DNA from: Clostridiales bacterium
GTDB lineage: Bacteria > Bacillota > Clostridia > Christensenellales > CAG-138
Direction of reading: 5' to 3'
DNA: 64,000 nucleotides
Assembly: GCA_024698505.1 (NCBI GenBank)
Contig: JAILRE010000050.1
Coordinates: 12,663 to 76,662 of the forward strand
In this document: in pieces, positions 38,809-48,420 of the stretch
Position numbering within the stretch: the first letter of the stretch is position 1
Layout of the letters: each line of letters begins with the position of its first letter
Made by a program: the position numbers and the translations under genes
Notes under the pieces: generated by a model
The model's database searches: none
What the model was told of the DNA's origin: nothing
What the model saw: the letters and a program-made list of their open reading frames with translations, nothing else

Positions 38809-39939
38809 TTATTCGAAATGGGCCTTCAAAACGAGCTCGAAGGCAATTTTCAGCCCGTCCCTCAGCGAATCGATCTCAAGCCATTCGTCCCTTGTGTGCT
38901 CGCCCTTGCCGGAATACAGGCCGAACGTAACCGCGGGCACTCCGAGCGAAAGCGGGATATTGGCGTCGGTCGAGCCCATTCCCCTTTTGACGTTCCCGCT
39001 TCTGACGGAGGTGATAGCGGTTTCGCATCTTGCGAGCAGAGCGTCGTAGGCGTCCCTGTCCACCCTGCCTCCGCAGGGGCGTTCCCCTATCAGTTCGGCG
39101 GAGAATTCGGCTCCCCTCCCCTGCGCGTCCCACATCAGCTCCTGGAAGCGTTCGCGCATGAACGCGAGGGCAATGCGGTCGTCCGAGCGGTACTCGTACA
39201 GTATCTCGCAGGAGGGCGCGATGGTGTTGACGGAGGTGCCGCCGTTTATCATGCCGACGTTATAGGTGGTTTTGACGCCGCTGATATCGGGAAGCTGCTG
39301 CGAATACAGCGCGGTCACGAGCTCGGACATTCGGTGTATGGCGTTGGGGCTGCCGAAATCCCCGAAGGAATGGCCGCCCTGAGTTTTTGCATTAACGCGC
39401 CATCTTTCGCTTCCGACGGCTTTGACGATCATACCGTCTTCGAAAGTGCAGTCGAAGGAGACGAGCTCCTTTATCCTGCCCGCGTTGTCCTTCATAATTT
39501 GCCTTACGCCCTTGAGATTGCCGAGGCCCTCCTCGCAGGAATTGAGCACGAACAGCACGGGCGATTTGGGCTTACGCCCGGTTTCGAGTATGTATCGGAT
39601 GAGCGTCAATATAGCCGTGACGTTGGCGGTGTCGTCGCCTATACCGGGGGCAAAGAGCCTGCCGTCCTCCTCCCTGACGGGAAGCGGCTCCGTATCGGGG
39701 AAAACCACGTCCGTATGAGCGGAATAAACGGTGATATCCGACGTCCCCTCGTCTATCCCGAAGGGGACGCAGACGTTCTTAGCCTCGTCCGTATAGACGC
39801 CCTCCGCTCCCCAGCCGCGCAAGAGCCCAGTAATGAACTCTACCCTCTTTTCCTCATGGTGAGAAGGGGCGGGTATCGCGGCGAGTGTTTTCAAAAGCTC
39901 AACGTGATTGGCAAATTCGGTTTTTATCCAGCTGTTCAT
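38809..39939 (-). CDS. M20/M25/M40 family metallohydrolase
   Basis: SAHTDVVF, PGIGDD, EEGLGNL, GGHS, STDAN, EHT. Confidence 0.88.
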   Translation of the reverse strand: MNSWIKTEFANHVELLKTLAAIPAPSHHEEKRVEFITGLLRGWGAEGVYTDEAKNVCVPFGIDEGTSDITVYSAHTDVVFPDTEPLPVREEDGRLFAPGIGDDTANVTAILTLIRYILETGRKPKSPVLFVLNSCEEGLGNLKGVRQIMKDNAGRIKELVSFDCTFEDGMIVKAVGSERWRVNAKTQGGHSFGDFGSPNAIHRMSELVTALYSQQLPDISGVKTTYNVGMINGGTSVNTIAPSCEILYEYRSDDRIALAFMRERFQELMWDAQGRGAEFSAELIGERPCGGRVDRDAYDALLARCETAITSVRSGNVKRGMGSTDANIPLSLGVPAVTFGLYSGKGEHTRDEWLEIDSLRDGLKIAFELVLKAHFE

Positions 39940-40011
39940 GGAGGCCTCCGTTATTTCTTTACAGCATTATAACCGCTCGGCCGGTCAATTTCAATCAAAA
40001 AAGCGTCAAAC

Positions 40012-40040
40012 TTGACAAAATCGCGCTTCGAATTTATACT
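40012..40040 (+). promoter_or_regulatory. SigA-type promoter
   Basis: TTGACA-17 bp-TATACT. Confidence 0.75.
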
Positions 40041-40069
40041 TTTTTTATTACGTATTCAGAGGACACGAC

Positions 40070-40819
40070 ATGGATTATCAGGAGGTCAACGCCGAGACCA
40101 TCGACAGATGGGCGGAAAGCGGCTGGGAATGGGGCAAGCCCATCGGACATGAGACATACGTTAAAGCAAAGCACGGCGAATGGGACGTTCTTCTCACCCC
40201 GTCGAAGCCCGTTCCGCACGAATGGTTCGGCGAGCTTGTGGGAAAGAAGCTGCTCGGTCTCGCAAGCGGCGGCGGTCAGCAGATGCCCATCTTCGCGGCG
40301 CTCGGCGCGGAATGCACCGTGCTCGATTATTCAAAGAGGCAGCTTGAAAGCGAAAGGCTCGTTTCCGAGCGCGAGGGATATTCCATCCGCATTATAAGAG
40401 GCGATATGACGAAGACGCTCCCCTTCGCCGACGGAGAATTCGATATTGTTTTCCATCCCGTTTCGAACTGCTACGCGAGGGACGTCGCGCATATCTGGCG
40501 CGAATGCGCAAGGGTATTGAAAAAAGGCGGAATCCTTATTTCCGGGACGGATCATTTCGTCAATTACATCGTGGATGACGACGAGGAACGCATCGTAAAT
40601 CATCTTCCTTTCGACCCTCCTTCGGATCCAGCGCAGATGGAACAGCTGAGAAGGACTGACAGCGGCGTGCAGTTCTCGCACACGATCGCTGAGCAGATCG
40701 GCGGTCAGCTCGAAGCGGGCTTCATGCTGACGAACATATATGAGGACACCAACGGCTCGGGCAGGCTGCACGAGCTGAACATTCCCACATTCCTCGCTAT
40801 GAGGTCTGTAAAACTGTGA
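40070..40819 (+). CDS. Class I SAM-dependent methyltransferase
   Basis: LGLASGGGQQ, VLDYS, GDM, FDIV, RVLKKGG. Confidence 0.88.
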   Translation: MDYQEVNAETIDRWAESGWEWGKPIGHETYVKAKHGEWDVLLTPSKPVPHEWFGELVGKKLLGLASGGGQQMPIFAALGAECTVLDYSKRQLESERLVSEREGYSIRIIRGDMTKTLPFADGEFDIVFHPVSNCYARDVAHIWRECARVLKKGGILISGTDHFVNYIVDDDEERIVNHLPFDPPSDPAQMEQLRRTDSGVQFSHTIAEQIGGQLEAGFMLTNIYEDTNGSGRLHELNIPTFLAMRSVKL

Positions 40820-40826
40820 GGCGCAT

Positions 40827-41834
40827 ATGGAAAACAAAGGAACGGTTACAATCGAAACAAAAAGGCTGAGGCTCAGGAGATTCACTCCCGAGGATGCCTC
40901 CGCCATGTATAAAAACTGGGCGAGCGACCCGGAAGTGACGAGGCATCTGACCTGGCCCGCTCATGCGGACGAAGGCGTTTCGGCTTCTGTCATTTCGTCG
41001 TGGGTGAAGGAATACTCCTCCCCCGCCTATTATCAGTGGGCTATAGAGCTCAAAAGCCTTGGCGAACCCATAGGCGGCATCAGCGCTGTCGCAATCGACG
41101 AGAAAGCCGGCTCGGTTACTATCGGCTACTGCATTGGAAAACGCTTTTGGAATCAAGGGATCATGACGGAAGCCCTCGGCGCGGTGCTTGGATTCTTCTT
41201 CGAAGAGGTCAAGGCGCGCTGTGTGAACGCCTGTCACGATCCGCGAAACCCTCATTCGGGAATGGTAATGCGAAAATGCGGTATGAGATACGACGGTACG
41301 CTGCGCTGCAAAGGGCATAACAACCTCGGCCCCACCGACGAAGCCTGGCATTCGATACTACGCGGAGAATACTATAAAAACAAGCTCGGATATGAGATAG
41401 TTTGCATTTCCGAAAGGCCGGATCTTATCGAAAAGGCTTCCCGCTGGTTCCACGAAAAATGGGGCGTCCCGCTTGAAGCCTACGTTGAGAGCATGGAAGC
41501 ATCGTTAGGTTCCCGAACATATCCCGAATGGTACGCTGCCATTCTGAACGGAAGAATAATAGCCGGCCTCGGCGTTATAGAAAACGACTTCCATAACAGG
41601 AAGGATCTTGCGCCGAACGTCTGCGCCGTCTATACGGAGCCGGAATTCCGCAATATGGGCATAGCTGGCGTGCTGCTTGACGGCGTTTGCGAGCATATGC
41701 GAAAAAGAGGCGTTTCACCACTCTATCTCTTAACGGATCACGATTCCTTCTACGAGCGATACGGATGGGAATTCCTGACCATGGCTCAGGGCGACGGCGA
41801 GCCCGATCTTTCGAGATTGTACGTTCATCTTTGA
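40827..41834 (+). CDS. Fusion of a RimJ/RimL-type GNAT and a second GNAT
   Basis: ETKRLRLRRF...IGYCIG..FWNQG..NPHSG.VM.KCG, then NVCAVYTEPEFRNMG...FYERYGW. Confidence 0.85.
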   Translation: MENKGTVTIETKRLRLRRFTPEDASAMYKNWASDPEVTRHLTWPAHADEGVSASVISSWVKEYSSPAYYQWAIELKSLGEPIGGISAVAIDEKAGSVTIGYCIGKRFWNQGIMTEALGAVLGFFFEEVKARCVNACHDPRNPHSGMVMRKCGMRYDGTLRCKGHNNLGPTDEAWHSILRGEYYKNKLGYEIVCISERPDLIEKASRWFHEKWGVPLEAYVESMEASLGSRTYPEWYAAILNGRIIAGLGVIENDFHNRKDLAPNVCAVYTEPEFRNMGIAGVLLDGVCEHMRKRGVSPLYLLTDHDSFYERYGWEFLTMAQGDGEPDLSRLYVHL

Positions 41835-41836
41835 GC

Positions 41837-41874
41837 AAAAAAACGGTCCTCTATAAAGAGGGCCGTTTTATTTT
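41837..41874. terminator. Bidirectional intrinsic terminator
   Basis: AAAACGGTCCTCT-ATAA-AGAGGGCCGTTTT. Confidence 0.85.
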
Positions 41875-41882
41875 GCGCTTGA

Positions 41883-43505
41883 TTATTTCAATATTACGCT
41901 CGTCTGGGAGCTGAGGGTAAGGATATTTCCCTCGAGCTTGGCTTCGCCCTTCCCAATGAAGGCGCGGATCCCGCTTACGGAGATATCGGTCACGGTGGAA
42001 AGATCGATCGTGACGTCGGAACCGGTAGTATTATGTATCACTATTACGGAGCTGCCGTTATAAGTGGAGACGAATCCGCCGACGCGCATATCCTTGAAGG
42101 AGAGCGCCTTGTAATCGCCCAAAGCGATCTCGGGATTCGCCCTGCGGATCATGATGAGCTTCTTATAATAATTGTAGAGGCTGTTTTCGTCCTTCAGCTG
42201 ATCCGCGACGGGCGCGTCGACGCGGTTATCCGCGGGATAGGAAGCTCCCGTGGGATCCTTGACCTTGTCTTCGTCGCCCCATATCATAGCGAGGCGGCGG
42301 TTGGCGTCGGTATTGGAAGCGCCCCTCGAGCCCCTCATGCCGATCTCCTCACCGTAATAGATGAACGGTGTGCCCGGGCCGAGTATGTAGAGGTTGGCGC
42401 CCATCTGCATATAGAAGCTCGCGATCGTCAGGAAGCCTGCCGCCCTGTCCATATCGTGATTGGTGATGAAGGGAGTTATCGTAGCGCCATCCCTCATGGC
42501 CGAAACGCGCTTAAGGTAGTTCTCCGTGTAGGCGGTGAACTTGTTGACGTCGCCCTTTTTGGCGGCCTCGGCTATGATGCCGCTTGCCATCGCCTCCGCG
42601 AAGTCGAAGCAGTTCGTCGCCTTCATGTAAAGATCGGTTATGCCGTCGCCGTCCCATACCTCCGCGACGGTGTAGATATCGGGCTTCAGCTCCCTGAGCT
42701 TTGTCATGTACCACTCCCAGAACTCGAGGCTCCTCTTGTGATCGCCGAAGTAGACGTATTTTGCGGCGTCAAAGCGGAAGCCGTCGACTCCGAGATCGAT
42801 ATAGTACTTCGCGACTTCGAGCATCGTCCGGCGGACGAAATCGCTGTCATAGTTGAGCTCGGGCATATCGCCGGAGAAATTGCACTCGTAAAAATGCTTG
42901 GTGCCGGAGATCTGGCTGAACGTGCGCCCGGCGGGAGCGGAATCCGTTTCGGAATCGTACCAGGTGAAGAAATTGTAATAATCGCTGTCGGTATCGCCGT
43001 TCCTGTGAGCGACGACGAATTTGTTGAACCACTCGTTCTGCTTGCCGGTATGATTGAGAACGAGGTCGAGTATCAGGTACACGCCCCGCTCGTGGCAAAC
43101 GGAGATGAGCTCTTTAAGATCCTCCTCGGTACCGAATGTGCCGTCGACCTTATAGTAATCGGTGACGTCGTATTTATGATACGAGGGCGACTGGAATATG
43201 GGCGTGAGCCAGATCCCCTCGATCCCGAGGGATCTGCCGGAATTCGGGTCGCCGTCGTTGAGGTAATCCATGCGGTCGATTATTCCCCTGAGATCGCCTA
43301 TGCCGTCCCCGTTGGAATCGGAGAAGGAGCCGACGAATATCTCGTAGAACACGCGATCGTGGCCCGATTCCGTTTCGCTTGCCTTCAGATTATCGTCCTT
43401 TATCACGAACTCGCCGTTCGGATCCTGCGCGGGCTTCTTGCAGCCTGCCAAGAGCACGAACGCGGCGGCTAACAGAATAAGCAGCGCTCTCTTTGCGATC
43501 TTCAT
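41883..43505 (-). CDS. GH13 alpha-amylase family lipoprotein
   Basis: Lipobox LAGC, DSNGDGIGDL, DLVLNH; catalytic DGFRFDAAK, VAEVW and TNHD. Confidence 0.92.
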   Translation of the reverse strand: MKIAKRALLILLAAAFVLLAGCKKPAQDPNGEFVIKDDNLKASETESGHDRVFYEIFVGSFSDSNGDGIGDLRGIIDRMDYLNDGDPNSGRSLGIEGIWLTPIFQSPSYHKYDVTDYYKVDGTFGTEEDLKELISVCHERGVYLILDLVLNHTGKQNEWFNKFVVAHRNGDTDSDYYNFFTWYDSETDSAPAGRTFSQISGTKHFYECNFSGDMPELNYDSDFVRRTMLEVAKYYIDLGVDGFRFDAAKYVYFGDHKRSLEFWEWYMTKLRELKPDIYTVAEVWDGDGITDLYMKATNCFDFAEAMASGIIAEAAKKGDVNKFTAYTENYLKRVSAMRDGATITPFITNHDMDRAAGFLTIASFYMQMGANLYILGPGTPFIYYGEEIGMRGSRGASNTDANRRLAMIWGDEDKVKDPTGASYPADNRVDAPVADQLKDENSLYNYYKKLIMIRRANPEIALGDYKALSFKDMRVGGFVSTYNGSSVIVIHNTTGSDVTIDLSTVTDISVSGIRAFIGKGEAKLEGNILTLSSQTSVILK

Positions 43506-43611
43506 TTCATGATGCCTCTTTTCATGGTTTTTTCTTTCTATTATCGTACAATATATACCCGTTCATTGTCAAGTGAACGCGGTAAAAAATAAACGCTTTA
43601 GGTCAAACCGC

Positions 43612-43639
43612 TTGCGAACGGAAAAACCTGTGATATAAT
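43612..43639 (+). promoter_or_regulatory. Extended -10 promoter, possibly giving a leaderless transcript
   Basis: TTGCGA-16 bp-TATAAT with TG; six bases separate the -10 box from the ATG; no Shine-Dalgarno. Confidence 0.55.
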
Positions 43640-43645
43640 TAAAAT

Positions 43646-44131
43646 ATGGACAAACAGATAATTGAACTCTATGAAAAAGACGAGCCCTGCCTTCTTGAAA
43701 AGAGAGCGCGTATCTGGCGCGCGGTCGCGCTGGGCGTGGCTTTTTTGACGCTTACGGTCTGCGTGCTGCTCGTTATCAATATCAACAGGTTCCATTTCAA
43801 CAAAGAGCTTGCCGCAGCCATAGCCGTCTGCACCGTCGGCGGTTGGACGGTCATTTCGCTAATGCATTTCCCCGCGGGCGACAGCCATAACGAGGCAAGG
43901 CACGCGAAGGCCATACTGGAAGCCGAGCGTGAAACGGTCCCTGGCAAGCTTACCGTTACGGACGAGCGGATCTACATCAAGAAAGCCGTAACGATGCGGA
44001 AGGTCTTGGTCGAAAACGGCGAAGAGAAAAAGAGCCTCTGGATCAACGAGCGCAAGCTTGGCGCGGTGAAAGGGCTTGAAACGAAAACGGTCTATGCGGC
44101 GAACGGCTTCGTAGCCGCCGTGGAGGTGTGA
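43646..44131 (+). CDS. Hypothetical membrane protein (two helices plus beta domain)
   Basis: Two hydrophobic segments; first gene of the GH53 operon. Confidence 0.7.
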   Translation: MDKQIIELYEKDEPCLLEKRARIWRAVALGVAFLTLTVCVLLVININRFHFNKELAAAIAVCTVGGWTVISLMHFPAGDSHNEARHAKAILEAERETVPGKLTVTDERIYIKKAVTMRKVLVENGEEKKSLWINERKLGAVKGLETKTVYAANGFVAAVEV

Positions 44132-44132
44132 C

Positions 44133-44702
44133 ATGATACTCTTCAAGCGCATACTTTCACAGCTTCACCGATACGTCGTTTGGGCGCTCGTTTCCGCGCT
44201 CATTTGCGGTTTCGTGTTCTTCCGCGTTACCGACGCCAAGAAGGAAAAGAAGATCACGATCTACGCGAGGGTCCCCTCCGTCTCGTGCGAGGAGCTTTCG
44301 CTCGAGCTTGAAAAGAACAAGCCCGAAGGAATAAAGCTCATCAATGTTCATCACTTCTCCTACGATCTTTTCGGCATGGACGTATTCGAGTCCGGCGACG
44401 TATTCATCATCTCCAAGAGCGACGCGGAGCTCTATAGGGCAAACCTCTGCGAGATAGCGGGCCGCGGCGAAAACGATCTTATTATAGACGGCAAGGTCTG
44501 CGGCTGGCTCTTCTACGATGCGGAAAGCAGATCTTGCCCCGCCTCCTCATACTTCGATTTTACGTTCTACGAGGGCGACGGCTACGCCAACGAGGACTAC
44601 TACATATGCTTCAACAAGGATTCCGTGCATATCGGCGATATCAACGGATCCGCTGACGACGCCGCGATACAAACCGCGGAACACCTGCTTTCCCTTAAAT
44701 AA
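44133..44702 (+). CDS. Hypothetical membrane-anchored protein
   Basis: GGAGGT RBS, N-terminal helix, acidic extracellular domain. Confidence 0.7.
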   Translation: MILFKRILSQLHRYVVWALVSALICGFVFFRVTDAKKEKKITIYARVPSVSCEELSLELEKNKPEGIKLINVHHFSYDLFGMDVFESGDVFIISKSDAELYRANLCEIAGRGENDLIIDGKVCGWLFYDAESRSCPASSYFDFTFYEGDGYANEDYYICFNKDSVHIGDINGSADDAAIQTAEHLLSLK

Positions 44703-44718
44703 AGAACGGAGACCGAAA

Positions 44719-46686
44719 ATGAAAAAGATCTGCTTTATCATGGCTGCCTTCATGCTTATCGCGTGCCTCACCTCCTGCTCTAAGAAAGGGGGGCGCGTCC
44801 GCACGGAGAAGATCGAGGGAAGCCCGCTTTACGTCAGGAAGGTCGAAAACCTGCCCGATGATTTCATAATGGGAATGGACGTCTCCTCCGTCATCGCCGA
44901 AGAAAACAGCGGCGTGAAGTATTACGATTTCGAGGGGAACGAGCAGGATATCTTCGTTACGCTCGCCGACTGCGGCGTGAACACGATAAGGGTCAGGATA
45001 TGGAACGATCCCTTCGACGATGAAGACCGCGGCTTCGGAGGCGGCAACTGCGATATAGATACCGCCCTCGCCATCGGAAAGCGCGCGACAGCGGCAGGTC
45101 AGAAGCTTCTTCTCGACTTCCACCTTTCCGATTTCTGGGCGGATCCCGGAAAGCAGTTCTCCCCAAGAGCCTGGAAGGATATGGCTATAGAGGAAAAGAC
45201 CGAAGCCGCATACCAATACGTCAAGGATTGCCTCACCAAGCTGAAGAAAGCGGGCGTTAAGGTCGCCATGGTGCAGATAGGCAACGAGACAAATACTGGC
45301 ATCGCCGGAGAAAAGACCTGGTTCAACATGCAGTACATAATGCAGGCGGGCTCAAAGGCCGTCAGGGAAGTCATGCCGGAAGCGCTCGTAGCTCTGCATT
45401 TCGCAAACCCCGAGAAGGCGGGAAGCTATGAAGGGATAGCCAAGAAGCTCGATTATTACCAAGTCGATTACGACGTTTTCGCCTCTTCTTATTATCCTTA
45501 CTGGCACGGTACTCTCGAGAACCTCGCAAGCGTATTGAACTCCATTTCCAAAACCTACGGCAAAAAGGTGATGGTGATGGAGACCTCCTACGCCTACACC
45601 GCCGAGGATACGGACTTCAACGGCAACACGATAGGCGACGGCGGCGGGATAGTAAAGAACTACCCCTTTACCGTGCAGGGGCAGGCGAACCTCGTAAGGG
45701 ACGTTATCGACTGCGTCGCAAATTCCATGGACAGCGGCATAGGCGTTGTTTACTGGGAGGGCGCGTGGATAACCGTAGGTCAGAACTCATGGGATGAAAA
45801 TCACGAGCTCTGGGAGAAATACGGTTCCGGCTGGGCCTCGAGCTTCGCATCGGTCTACGATCCCAACGACGCAGGCAAGTATTACGGCGGCTCTGCCGTA
45901 GATAACCAGGCCATGTTCGGGCCGGACGGCAAACCCCTTGAATCACTGCGCGTTTTCAATCTCGCAAGGTTCGGGAACGAGGTCGAGCCCAGGGTCGACG
46001 CGCTTGAGGACGTGACTATCGACGTGGATCTTAACGGAACGATAATCCTTCCCGAAACGGTAAACGCCGTAATGACCGACGACAGCAGGCAGCCCGTTCC
46101 CGTCAAGTGGAACGTTACCGACGCCGAAATTGCGAAGATGTACACAGGCGGCGTGCACACCTACGAAGTGACCGGCGAAGCCGACGGAAGCCCCGTTCGC
46201 TGCTTCGTCAACATGATCGAATACAACTTCCTGCAAAATTACAGCTTCGAAGACGAAGAGCTTTCGCCTTGGGAGATCGTCGAGCGCGGTCACGCGGACG
46301 AGCTTTACGTTGAAAGCAAGCCCACCGATTCCAAAACGGGCGACAAGCATATGCATTTCTGGAGCGCAGCGAAGAACTCCGTCGATTTCTCGCTCGAGCA
46401 GAAGGTCACGGGACTTGCGGCGGGAAGCTACAAGTTCACTATCTCCATCATGGGCGGAGACGGAGGCAATACCGAGATATACGCCTACGCCCTTGTCGAC
46501 GGTACGGAGGTTTCAAGAGCTCCCCTTAAGATTACCGTTTATAACGAATGGGATACCGCGGTCATCACGGGTATCCGCATCGAGGAAGGGCAGAGCTTAA
46601 CTGTGGGCATATACGTCAATTGCGAAGGCGCGGGAAACGGCGCCTGGGGCAAGATAGACGACGCGCTGCTCAATTCCGAGGGCTGA
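44719..46686 (+). CDS. GH53 endo-beta-1,4-galactanase lipoprotein with Ig-like and CBM-like C-terminal modules
   Basis: Lipobox LTSC, GMDVSS, DFHLSDFWADPGKQ, QIGNE acid/base, METSY nucleophile, YWEG. Start moved to MKKI at 44719. Confidence 0.9.
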   Translation: MKKICFIMAAFMLIACLTSCSKKGGRVRTEKIEGSPLYVRKVENLPDDFIMGMDVSSVIAEENSGVKYYDFEGNEQDIFVTLADCGVNTIRVRIWNDPFDDEDRGFGGGNCDIDTALAIGKRATAAGQKLLLDFHLSDFWADPGKQFSPRAWKDMAIEEKTEAAYQYVKDCLTKLKKAGVKVAMVQIGNETNTGIAGEKTWFNMQYIMQAGSKAVREVMPEALVALHFANPEKAGSYEGIAKKLDYYQVDYDVFASSYYPYWHGTLENLASVLNSISKTYGKKVMVMETSYAYTAEDTDFNGNTIGDGGGIVKNYPFTVQGQANLVRDVIDCVANSMDSGIGVVYWEGAWITVGQNSWDENHELWEKYGSGWASSFASVYDPNDAGKYYGGSAVDNQAMFGPDGKPLESLRVFNLARFGNEVEPRVDALEDVTIDVDLNGTIILPETVNAVMTDDSRQPVPVKWNVTDAEIAKMYTGGVHTYEVTGEADGSPVRCFVNMIEYNFLQNYSFEDEELSPWEIVERGHADELYVESKPTDSKTGDKHMHFWSAAKNSVDFSLEQKVTGLAAGSYKFTISIMGGDGGNTEIYAYALVDGTEVSRAPLKITVYNEWDTAVITGIRIEEGQSLTVGIYVNCEGAGNGAWGKIDDALLNSEG

Positions 46687-46702
46687 AAACGGAGAAACGC
46701 CG

Positions 46703-48115
46703 ATGGAAACAAATCTGTTCCGGAACATTAAAACCATATCGAAAGGCAGAAAAACTGCCTCTTGGATCGTTCGCGCGGCGGCAGTCGCAGCCGCTGCCGC
46801 GGTGTTTTCCGTATATCTCTATAAGAATTGGAAAAACTACGATCCTATCTCGCTGCTTGCGGCGTTCCTATCCATTGCCGGATTCGCTGCGGTATTCTGG
46901 CTCGCGGCGCCTCGGCTTATCGATCTGATATGCGGAGACAACGAGTTTTCATCCGCTGAAGTTACAATAAAAGAGCGCTCGCGCACTTTCGTTTTCATCT
47001 GCATAGGAGCGCTCGCGATCCATATCGTCACATTCCTGCTCGGCGTTTTCGTTTTCAAATGGTTCAATGCCTCTCCGAACGCCACGTTCGCGTATTGCTT
47101 CCGCACCTCGTGGATGAAGAGCAACACCGACGCGGGCCATTACATCACCATCGCAGAGAACTGGTATGTCAGGGAGGGAAACGACAAGCTCCTCATAGTC
47201 TTCTTCCCCATGCTTCCCGTGCTGATGCGCGCGCTCAACTTCATCACCCGCGACAGCTACGTTTCGGCGCTTATAATCAATTCCACCGCAACTGCGCTCG
47301 CTTCGGGCATGATCTATCTGACGTTCGTTCCCGTTATGGGAGATAAGCGCTCAAAGGCCGGGGCGTTTATCGCCCTGCTCCTCCCCGGCGCGATATTCCT
47401 CAATTCGCCGATGACGGAGCCTCTGTTCCTGCTGTTCTCGGCCTGCGCGTTCTGCTTCATGCAAAAGCGCCTGTACGTTCCCGCGGGGATATTCACAGCG
47501 CTTGCTGGATTCACCCGCTCGCTTGGCGTCCTCATCGCCGTACCCATAGCGCTCGTCGGCATAGGGCATCTCGCAGGTCTTATCAAAAGGAAGCGTCCTA
47601 TTGCAAAGACACTCGTTCTTCTGCTATTAGGACTCCTTATATCAACGTTCGGCACGCTCGGATATCTTGCGATAAACTATTCGATACACGGCGACTGCCT
47701 CAAATTCTTTGAATTCCAGTGGAGCAACTGGCATCAGAAGGCCTGCCCGTTCTTCGATACGGTAAGGTATATCACGAAATACAGCATGCAGAACGCCGTC
47801 GAGGCGCCTCCCAAGTTCTGGTCGCTGTGGTTCCCTCAGCTCGTATGCATATTCGCGTCCCTGCTGCTCGTCGGGTCCAAGGCAAGGAAGCTCCCGGCCT
47901 CCTATACCGTATTTTTCCTTTGCTATTTCGCGGTGGCTGTAGGCTGTACCTGGCTGCTCTCATCAGTGAGGTATCTCTCCGCCTGCCTGCCGCTCATAGC
48001 GGCCGCGGCAATGCTCTGCAATAAGAAGCTCGGCGCAGCGGCGGTATTCTCCTTAACGGTCGTTCTTTACGCAGTATATCTTGTAATGTACATGATGAGG
48101 ATGTCCGTCTATTAG
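46703..48115 (+). CDS. Polytopic GT-C-fold glycosyltransferase-like protein (PIG-V/mannosyltransferase-like)
   Basis: DAGHYITIAENWY, FFPMLP, TEPLFL, TRSLG, FQWSNW, SSVRY; many transmembrane helices. Confidence 0.7.
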   Translation: METNLFRNIKTISKGRKTASWIVRAAAVAAAAAVFSVYLYKNWKNYDPISLLAAFLSIAGFAAVFWLAAPRLIDLICGDNEFSSAEVTIKERSRTFVFICIGALAIHIVTFLLGVFVFKWFNASPNATFAYCFRTSWMKSNTDAGHYITIAENWYVREGNDKLLIVFFPMLPVLMRALNFITRDSYVSALIINSTATALASGMIYLTFVPVMGDKRSKAGAFIALLLPGAIFLNSPMTEPLFLLFSACAFCFMQKRLYVPAGIFTALAGFTRSLGVLIAVPIALVGIGHLAGLIKRKRPIAKTLVLLLLGLLISTFGTLGYLAINYSIHGDCLKFFEFQWSNWHQKACPFFDTVRYITKYSMQNAVEAPPKFWSLWFPQLVCIFASLLLVGSKARKLPASYTVFFLCYFAVAVGCTWLLSSVRYLSACLPLIAAAAMLCNKKLGAAAVFSLTVVLYAVYLVMYMMRMSVY

Positions 48116-48147
48116 GCTAAAAACGCGATCATATCGTAAATTATTTA

Positions 48148-48183
48148 CCGCTTTCTCCGGTTCGGGGAAAGCGGCGCTTATTT
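48148..48183 (+). terminator. Probable terminator after the GT-C-like gene
   Basis: CCGCTTTCTCC-GGTTC-GGGGAAAGCGG followed by CGCTTATTT. Confidence 0.6.
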
Positions 48184-48282
48184 GTGAAAACTAATAATCA
48201 GCTTCGCACATTTCGATTCAGTATACGGCAAAATACGTTTAGCCGATTAATAATTTTCCGAATATAAAATCGATCAAAGCTG

Positions 48283-48311
48283 TTGACATTTTTGTGAAAC
48301 CGATGTATATT
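48283..48311 (+). promoter_or_regulatory. SigA-type promoter for the sugar ABC operon
   Basis: TTGACA-17 bp-TATATT. Confidence 0.7.
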
Positions 48312-48420
48312 TAACACATAAAAGGTATTCGTCCCAAATATGGCTTTTCGCCGTAAGCGGGTCCGTGCCTTTTGAAGTTGCTTTTCATGTATACTACAAT
48401 GAAAATAGGAGGTAAAAACA

